20,000 nt of DNA from Pseudogymnoascus verrucosus (Eukaryota). The stretch lies in the NCBI GenBank assembly GCA_001662655.1, contig KV460279.1; one strand, 5' to 3'. Shown one piece after another: positions 1 through 7,886 of this stretch (the stretch's first letter is position 1; the number at the start of each line of letters is the position of its first letter). The notes beneath the pieces are model-generated. The model was not told where the DNA came from. It made no database searches and saw only the letters and a list, made by a program, of their open reading frames with translations. Both the position numbers and the translations under genes were made by a program.

Positions 1-2
1 CA

Positions 3-2525
3 AGTCCGATTGAGACGCCGGAGCGGATATTGCCACAGCCCACGAGGGGATATACAAATGGAACTCCGGATCACCCGCCTCAGCAGCCTAAAATGCATAC
101 TGCGCCAGTACCGGAGTACACTCAATCACCGCAGCCGATCGCATACAACACGCCCGAGCATGTCCAGCCTGTGCAGCAAAGACAGTATGCTACCCCTGAG
201 CACGTACAAGTTCAGCAACCGCGGGGATCAGCATATAATACGCCGCCGGCCTATATCCAGACGCAATCTCCTTTACAAAATCTGGAGTATAACACTCCGA
301 CGCATGTCAGGACGCACTCTCAAGTTATCCAAGGGCGATATGGACCTACTGCAATGGACCAACCACCGCTCCAAACAGACTATAATACCCCGCCACCACA
401 TGTTATCCCGCAATCTCACAGCAAGCATGTCTCACCTGCTATCAATAGCTACAACCAAGCACCAGGCATGACGCCCGACAGGCACCACCCACGGGACATG
501 TACAACGATAGACATGACGACTATGGCCAGCCAGAGAACTACAACGGAAGCAATGTCTCCAGTAGACACGAGGATTCTTACACCCGCAGCCGAAACGATC
601 TTCGGCAGGAGTACGCACCCCAACAAATGACCTACGAGCCTCCTGTTTCGGATTACGACCCTCCATCCAGTCCTGAAGGACCACCGCCGCCACCTCCGGT
701 ACACAGGGTCCACCAAACCGCTGCCGCGCCTGCATCTAGCCCTGGCTATGGGTTCCCTCCACCAAACCCAACGAGAGAGGCACAGTTTGATCACTTGAGG
801 CAGGATAGCCAGAGGCAATCCATCCCAGCATATTCTCAGAATGCTCCACAACAGCCACAGCCGTACACTCCTCCGCGCCAGCAACATGCTCCGGTGCCGG
901 CACCACCACCGTCGTCGTATGGCCAACAGGACCACTATCAAGGAGCTATCTCAAGGCATAACTCATATGATGATAGATACCACAACAGCACGTTCAGCTC
1001 TATGCAACCAACAGTTGAGGATGCGCCACCATCGCCCACACCGTACGCTACAGCTTCGCACCGAGCTAGTGAGCCGCAGATGTCGCAATATGGAGATAGA
1101 CGATATGATGATGTTCCATCCCCGGCGCCTTTGAACTTGAATGGTGGGGGAAGTACAACATCTGGAAACTATAAGATGAATGCCAATTCATACAACAGCA
1201 ATGCGTCGCACGAAGTCATTGACAACCGGCAATACAACAACAATGCATCACACGAAGTCATTGACAACCGACAATACAACAACAACAATGCATCACACGA
1301 AGCCATTGACAACCGACATGCGGATCCCTATTATGACCAGCCACCGCCAGCACGGTCATACACACAAGATCCGATTGAGGCACCACAAACTAGCCCAATG
1401 CCATCGCTCCCTCCATCGCTGGTAGCCGGCTTTGACCCCCTAATCCAGCGCGGGATCTCCGACAGGATCCACTCCGACACCCGGCCTAGAGGCGACAGCT
1501 ACACTCAGTTCTCCGCCGCGCCAACGCACTACTCCGAGTCGCCGCAATCATACCAACCCCCGCAACCTCAATACCGCGATGACCACTACACCCAACCCCC
1601 CGGCTACCCCCCCCAAGCCGCCCCCTCCGACCGCCAATCCCGCGGCATCCCCCAAACCTACACCAACGTCATAAAACCCCAACCCGTCTCCCCACACCCC
1701 CCTTCCCCCAACCCCTCCCCAAGCCACACCCACACCATCCACCGCAAATCCGTGTCCCCCGCCCCCCCCTCCCCCTCTCCGCGCCCGCTCTCCTCCTCCG
1801 TCCCCTTCGGCCCGGACGACTACTCGTCCCTAAACCCGAACTCACCAGCCGCGACATCCACCGAGCCCGACCCAGACGCTAAAATCATCCTCTACGACGG
1901 CAGGGAAGTCGATCCCTCTGACCACCTCCCTGAGGCGTCGTGGGCGGCTCTGCCGCCGAATCTGCAGAAGAAACTCGATGCTGCGGGGCGTCAGCGCACC
2001 GCGCCCCCTCCTGCTGCTGCGGGGGGGGCGAGGAGGATGGAGAGGCGCGAGAGACCGATGAGTTCGTATGCAGAGCAGACGCCCCCGCCGGCGTCGCAGG
2101 GACGCACGAGGTTGCAGAAGAAGGCGCATAGGGTATCTGCTGCGCCGGTGGGGGGGTCGAGTCCGCTGGCGCCGATTAGTCCGAATCCGAATCTTTATCA
2201 GTCGACGCCTGGGTCGCGGGACGGCGGGGGACGGAGTCTGCCGAGGGCGCAGACTGGGGATTGGGGAGGGGGAGATGGAGGGTATGGAGGGGGGATGAAT
2301 GGGTATAGTACGGGTTCGCCGGGGTATAGGGGACAGGGACGTGATGGTGGGGGGCCGCCGCCGGTGCCGGGGAAGGTGCCGATAGGTGGTGTGGGTGCGC
2401 CGCCGATGAGTGCGGGGGGGAGGGGGGAGCCACAGGAGAATGCGTGGGCGCTGTTGGAGGAGATGAAGAGTATTGATCTTGGGAGTGGGAGGGCGAGGAG
2501 GAGGAAGGGGGGGGCGGTTGTTTGA
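3..2525 (+). CDS. Pro/Gln/Ser-rich C-terminal part of a probable C2-domain cytokinesis protein (Fic1/Inn1-like); 5' end lies outside the window
   Basis: The frame is open from base 3 to TGA at 2523-2525 (>830 codons). It is low-complexity and rich in PxxP. The blocks DPDAKIILYDGREVDPSDHLPEASWA and ALLEEMKSIDLGSGRARRR resemble the conserved C-terminal motifs I recall from filamentous-fungal Fic1/Inn1-type C2 proteins. The C2 domain itself is not in the window. Confidence 0.65.
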   Translation, partial: SPIETPERILPQPTRGYTNGTPDHPPQQPKMHTAPVPEYTQSPQPIAYNTPEHVQPVQQRQYATPEHVQVQQPRGSAYNTPPAYIQTQSPLQNLEYNTPTHVRTHSQVIQGRYGPTAMDQPPLQTDYNTPPPHVIPQSHSKHVSPAINSYNQAPGMTPDRHHPRDMYNDRHDDYGQPENYNGSNVSSRHEDSYTRSRNDLRQEYAPQQMTYEPPVSDYDPPSSPEGPPPPPPVHRVHQTAAAPASSPGYGFPPPNPTREAQFDHLRQDSQRQSIPAYSQNAPQQPQPYTPPRQQHAPVPAPPPSSYGQQDHYQGAISRHNSYDDRYHNSTFSSMQPTVEDAPPSPTPYATASHRASEPQMSQYGDRRYDDVPSPAPLNLNGGGSTTSGNYKMNANSYNSNASHEVIDNRQYNNNASHEVIDNRQYNNNNASHEAIDNRHADPYYDQPPPARSYTQDPIEAPQTSPMPSLPPSLVAGFDPLIQRGISDRIHSDTRPRGDSYTQFSAAPTHYSESPQSYQPPQPQYRDDHYTQPPGYPPQAAPSDRQSRGIPQTYTNVIKPQPVSPHPPSPNPSPSHTHTIHRKSVSPAPPSPSPRPLSSSVPFGPDDYSSLNPNSPAATSTEPDPDAKIILYDGREVDPSDHLPEASWAALPPNLQKKLDAAGRQRTAPPPAAAGGARRMERRERPMSSYAEQTPPPASQGRTRLQKKAHRVSAAPVGGSSPLAPISPNPNLYQSTPGSRDGGGRSLPRAQTGDWGGGDGGYGGGMNGYSTGSPGYRGQGRDGGGPPPVPGKVPIGGVGAPPMSAGGRGEPQENAWALLEEMKSIDLGSGRARRRKGGAVV
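1198..1316 (+). repeat. Coding tandem repeat, 3 copies of ~42-45 bp (NASHEVIDNRQYNN)
   Basis: aatgc(g/a)tc(g/a)cacgaag(t/c)cattgacaaccg recurs three times. The translation reads NASHEVIDNRQYNN-NASHEVIDNRQYNNN-NASHEAIDNR. Confidence 0.9.
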
Positions 2526-3126
2526 GGAGGGGGGCTGAGGGATGTATATGAGATGATTGGGATTTTAGGATTGGGAGGAGAAGGAATTGGGGTGGGGGGT
2601 GGGGGGTGGGGGTTATGGAATTGGAGTTTGGATGGGGGATTTAAAGGCGTTTTTCTGTTTGGGATGGTCGGCGGGGCTTTTTATGGCATTTGGCTGGATG
2701 CTGTGGATGGATGGATGGATGGATATCCGCCTCCTAGATGAGTAATGTATACATAAGATAGACTATGCGTTCCATGATACCAAAAGATTTCTCAACTATT
2801 TGCGCTCACTGGATGTTATTAAGGCTTGGCTTGATATGACAGATGCTATTGTGAGCACGGGAATATGGTATACTTACATCTTTCATCTCTTAGAATGGCA
2901 ACAGAAACTGTCCCCTGATAATAGAATTTTGATGGAATATGCTATCTCTGGCCATGAAGGAACCAAAAGTGGCTTCATAAAGCACAGTCACGAACCAACA
3001 TCCGCGTAAAGTGTCCCAGCCCCCACGATGGACCCCTGCGCGCCTTGCGCCCAACCTCGTATTCCCCAACCCCACCATCAACTGTCCCATCCCATCCAAC
3101 ACCTTACCCACACCCCCACCTCTCCA

Positions 3127-4300
3127 ATGACCTCCACCCTCCGCCTAGGCAAATTCCTGAAAGGCACTCTAAGCAACTACACCATCACCAAACAACTCCA
3201 AGACTCCGTTTATCTCGCAACGTACCCTCCCTCCCTCCCCGCCTTCCCCACCTAGGAACCCCCCACTAACACCCCCCCCCCAGAAACTTCCACGGCGAAA
3301 AATCCATCATCAAAAGCGTGAACCACTGGCGTCTACAAAACGAGCGTGACGTCCTCCGCCGCTTCCAGGACAGCGCGCCGGGCTTACGGCCGTTGGTTGA
3401 TGAGATTGAAAGGGAGGGAGGGGAGGCGCAGGCGATTGTGCTGAAGTGGTTTGAGGATGATGCGTTACATGCTTCGGGGGGGAGGAGGTTCACGAGGGGG
3501 GAGGTGAAGTATGTGGCTCGGACGGTGTTGGAGGCGTTGGAGGTGTTGCATGGGGAGGGGTTTGTGCATACTGGTAAGTGGGAATCGGATGATGTTGAAG
3601 ACTTGGCGTTGGATGCTGATGAAAGAAAGCGCAGATATTAAGCCGGATAATATTTTGGTGAATTATAATCCGTTGGTTGAATTCGATCCTAAGAGGACGA
3701 GGATTTCTACAGCGAGATTGGCGGATTTGGGGAATACGGTCTCGAATGACTCGGAGTATGCTAGAGATGGGTTTCCCATTGGGGCGCCAATTTTTAGGAG
3801 TCCGGAGGCGGCTTTGAGACTCCCTTGGGGGTGCTCGACGGATATTTGGTCGTTGGGGACGACGGTGAGTGTCTAGGGCAATTGCCAATTATCACCCATC
3901 TAACTCTGTACAGCTCACAAGTCTCATCTGGGGTCTAAACTTCCACATCTTCAAACCCCCCGTCCCCGTCGACCACGAGGAATACGAGTTAGAGATCCTG
4001 ATGAAACACTGCCAGTACTTTGGCCCCTATCCTCTCTCATACAAAGACCTCGCCGACCTCGACACGCAGTATGTTCTCGCGCATGTTATGAATACCGTTG
4101 GTGGGGCGACTTCGGGGAAGGATATGAGGAAGCCGTTTTACCTGGCTGGGGAGTCGGAGATTTCGAAGGAGGATAGGACGTTTTTGGGGAAGATGATGAG
4201 GTTGGATCCGAGGGATAGACCGACGGCGAGGGAGCTGTTGGGGGATGAATGGTTTGAGGATCCGGGTGATGATTTTCCGTCGGGGAATCGAGGCACTTAA
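3127..4300 (+). CDS. Ser/Thr protein kinase-like protein (fungal family), 4 exons: 3127-3221, 3284-3573, 3635-3864, 3914-4300
   Basis: The spliced model keeps frame across three GT-AG introns. Kinase motifs present: IIKS (beta3 Lys), LQNERDVL (alphaC Glu), VHTDIKPDNILV (catalytic loop, split by intron 2), LADLG (DFG equivalent), FRSPE, TDIWSLG and LDPRDRPTARELLGDEWF. Confidence 0.9.
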
Positions 4301-5002
4301 TCTATGTGTTTTGACGGTTGAGATGTATTAGATAACTAGAGATTGTGCTGCTGTTATATCCCCATACATCAAAATGTAATCTCCTCCCCATAGTCGGGAT
4401 GTTATAAATAGCACCTGTCAACCAACGCTGTGCCGACATACCGACACATACAACTTGTTGGAGATTCTGGAGATGATCCGGAATTTGCCAAGAAATAGCC
4501 CTGTATTTGGACTTTACCCAAGCCTATCTCATTGGCCCACCGATTCAGCTGCCCAGCTGATGGGAGACCGGCCAAAACTCAGGGTTTTGGCTACCCCCCA
4601 GGAATCAGGTATATAGCCACGTAGCCCAGTAAGATAGGTAAATAATTAAATCGATTTTATATGTTCTATATACTGTATTTACTCGTGATACTCCCTGGCA
4701 CCGTCTGTACTGTGGAATCTTAAGGGATACCGGGTATTATCACCCGTTTTTGGGTGTGGCATCTCCAACGTCGATGCAATTTATGACAGCCTCACCCCTG
4801 TGTCCGTGAACACCTCGCCTCGCATCCTACGAGCTCCCCTTCCGCCCAAAAATGGTCCTGATATTTTCCTCAGACACTTCGCGCAACAATTGCGCTCCTT
4901 CAGTCTTGCAATCCATCGGTGCTGGGGAATCTTTGCGCGACGAAAGGAGGGTTTATGCGAACGATTTCTAAATTTCCAAGGGAGTGAGAAAGGCGTTCTC
5001 AT

Positions 5003-5960
5003 ATGAGAGACGATATGTCGGTAGCGATGGATTTTCTCAAACAGAAGGGTGTGAAGAATGAACCCGAGAGACTTTGGGTTACAAAATTGACTCTCCGATG
5101 CATCTCGAGCGTCCTCAGTTGCGCAATCATTGGCACCGGGGCTAGCACTCATAATGTCGAGATTGCATTGATGATGCCGGTGAGTTCACCATACCACGTC
5201 TTACACCCAATGATTCACTAACAATCCTACCTAATACAGCCAGCTTTCATAATACTATGGAACGTCGCCGAGGGAATCACCCTGATCGTCCGTCGACGCG
5301 CATACGAAGGCATCCATCCCGGCGCCTGCGTCGCCCTCGACTTATTACTATCGCTCGGCAACTTGGTTTGCGTGGGTATGACGGGGCCGGAGATCTCGAA
5401 TCCGAATATTTACTCCTCGAGGAACTGGCATGACCCCGTGGACTACTCTTCCCAGAGACTTATAATCGGTGGTGTGGCTGTGAGTATAATCGTAACGTAT
5501 GATAACCCCTGGATGGACATGTGCCTACTAGTCAGTACAAGCTAACCCCTTCATCATCAGACTCATCCAGATCTCCCTCTTCGTCATAGCTTGCGTTGAG
5601 ACGCACCGACGGCGTAAAGCTGAACGCAACGTGCCAATCGCTCTTGCCACTTTCGACTCAGGCCAGCAGCAGGGCACATTCATCAACCCAAACCAGCAAC
5701 CCTTCAATCCCAACCAACCCCCCGGCGCATTCAACCCAAACCAACAGCAACAGACCCAGACACAGACAGACGACCCCCCCCCACCTTACCAACTACTCCC
5801 AAGCACAGACGCAAACACACCAAACACCGTCCCCCCAATCCTCCATCGCGCAGCCTCAGATTCTACCATTCCGCCAGGGGACTTTGGCGCCCTTGCCAGG
5901 AACGGAGGCACCGACGCAGCCTCAGTGGCTGGGGAATTCGACGCCACAGAGACATCATGA
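5003..5960 (+). CDS. Uncharacterised fungal multi-pass (about 4 TM, MARVEL-like) membrane protein with Pro/Gln-rich tail; exons 5003-5179, 5240-5496, 5561-5960 (may extend to 6189)
   Basis: Two canonical introns (gtgagt..cag, gtatga..cag) join hydrophobic segments. The spliced protein contains WNVAEGITLIVRRRAYEGIHPGACVALDLLL and LFVIACVETHRR, motifs typical of a widespread ascomycete membrane-protein family, and a PPPY motif in the tail. Confidence 0.75.
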
Positions 5961-6487
5961 GATGTCCAACACGCCGGCGCCGAATGCGGGAGAGGTGTTT
6001 AATGGGAGACCACCTCACATGGCCGCGCCGCCGGTGGCGCCGCCGGTGGCGCAGATGCCACAACATGAGTTATCAAGTGGTACCCCCGCGCCAGGGGGGT
6101 TTACCCAGATTGCCCCACTACCGCAGCAGATGTCACAGTATGGGACTGCGACGGCGAGCCAGGCGGGAAGTCCCGCCGCCGAGATATGAGATGTATATTC
6201 GGATTACTGGTGCGGAGAGGGGTGCGAATCTGCACGAGATGGGGGGATGGTAGGGGATGAGAAAACGGGGAGGGGGGATTTCCTCCCGGAAACGGGGAGG
6301 AAAAGGGGAGAAGAGGGTAGACCCTGGTGTCGAGTAGACCGAGGGCCAGATCGCAAGCCTAAATGGTCGTACATTAGACATATCTAAGAGATGCCAACAG
6401 GCGAAAGACATAGCGCAGCCATGTCTCGGTTTCTCAGCAAAGCCTGCGTGTCCCCTAGAGCCTAACTAATAAAACTAAACAACCTAA

Positions 6488-6553
6488 CATTATCATCTTT
6501 GCCTCTAAACATTGTGATCTTCACCTTCAAGCATTGTGATCTTTACCTCTAGT
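6488..6553. repeat. Three imperfect 22-bp tandem direct repeats
   Basis: cattatcatctttgcctctaaa / cattgtgatcttcaccttcaag / cattgtgatctttacctctagt start at 6488, 6510 and 6532. Confidence 0.7.
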
Positions 6554-6653
6554 AACGCAATAATGCAAGTTAATTAATTAGAGAAGAGTCAAACAGTTTA
6601 ATAGAATGGTAACATAGAAAGCTATGGTACTCCTATCGCCCTCCTTAATTAGG

Positions 6654-6677
6654 CCTGCATGTATATATACATGCAGG
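6654..6677. repeat. Perfect 24-bp palindrome upstream of phiA
   Basis: cctgcatgtata|tatacatgcagg is its own reverse complement. Confidence 0.9.
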
Positions 6678-6992
6678 TGGTCAATCTCCCGAGACACTGA
6701 TCTCTATTTTAGGGATGAATCTCGGAGCAACTTGATTTGACATGTAGATCGCTAATTGTGGCTGGCTATGCTGTCCTCCTCTGGGTAACACGGCGCAGCT
6801 ATACGAGATGATGGTCAGACATCAGGGTGAGCTGCCCTGACTTTGCCCGATATTCTGACAACACGCCCTACACGCTTGTATAAGAAGACTCTAAGGGGAC
6901 GTCGTCGTCGAAGACGTGTTCTTGCTCATTATCAACGAATAGGAATTGACTGTATATGCGCATCTACTTGCAAAACGATACAACCTAGCATC

Positions 6993-7613
6993 ATGAAGTT
7001 GTCCGCCGCCGTCGCCTCTCTCGCCGGCGCAAGCTCTGCCCTCGCCACCGCCTTCGAGCTCATGGCGCTGCGACCTGACAGCCCAATCCACCTCGCCCCC
7101 TTCAGCGCTGCACAGAGCAACCTCTTCCTACATCTGCCACACCAGAACGCCAGCTGCGAAGGCGAACACCCCAACCGCGCAACTTTCCACATAAAGCACG
7201 GCAGCCTGTTCTTGTACTCTAAGGACGGTGAGACCCAGGAGATCTTTGTCGACCGCTCTGGCATGGGTATGTAGACCTGGTACCCTCCCTACACAGCTAT
7301 ATATCGATCGTTAGCTGAATGAGCTTGGGTTTACTAACATGCTTGTTTGTTAGGCCAAGGCAAGATGGGCTACCTCACGAACAGTCCCTACGTTCCTCCG
7401 CATTTCGAGCTCGAAAATTGGCAGATTGACAGTACCGGCGACCTGAGCTTTAATGGGAGGACCCTGATTGCTTGTCCCCATTCAATCGATCGGGCATGGA
7501 GCCTCTGGGTTGATACTAGCAATCCAACGCCTGGCGGAAACAAGGGATGCTTACCCATAATAACCCGCGCAATCCCTGTCAATGATCCTATTAGATGTGA
7601 TTACAGTCATTGA
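6993..7613 (+). CDS. phiA: Cell wall protein PhiA; exons 6993-7266, 7354-7613
   Basis: Signal peptide MKLSAAVASLAGASSALA. PhiA-type motifs FELMALRPDSPIH, LFLHLPHQNASCE, ATFHIKHGSLFLY, QEIFVDRSGMG/QGKMGY (joined across the gtatgt..tag intron), LIACP, WSLWV and NKGC. Confidence 0.88.
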
Positions 7614-7886
7614 TCCATTAATAGGGAGGACTCTTGCCTACATCGCTAGGGATTAGTGACTCAGACTGTAGGCTGGGTGCACAATCGGATATTTCCTAGA
7701 AAGAGGAGAAATATAGGAATATATAACTAGTCTACTAAACTTTAGCATCCATGTCAAAATATAATATTATATGGTCTGCCTACACGTTACTAAATGAGAA
7801 CAAAAAATGATTTGCAATAACATAGCTTCTCTCCACAGATTCAGAAAGAATTGGCTCGACTTGCTATGAGCGTCAGGGAGTATTTC

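Noticed and set aside
10..2433. Multiple overlapping Arg/Gly-rich alternative-frame and antisense ORFs
   Set aside because: These are by-products of the GC-rich low-complexity coding sequence of the long ORF ending at 2525.
6279..6303. Hairpin with GAAA tetraloop (tttcctcccg-gaaa-cggggaggaaa)
   Set aside because: It is imperfect, sits in purine-rich low-complexity 3' flank, and has no other ncRNA support.
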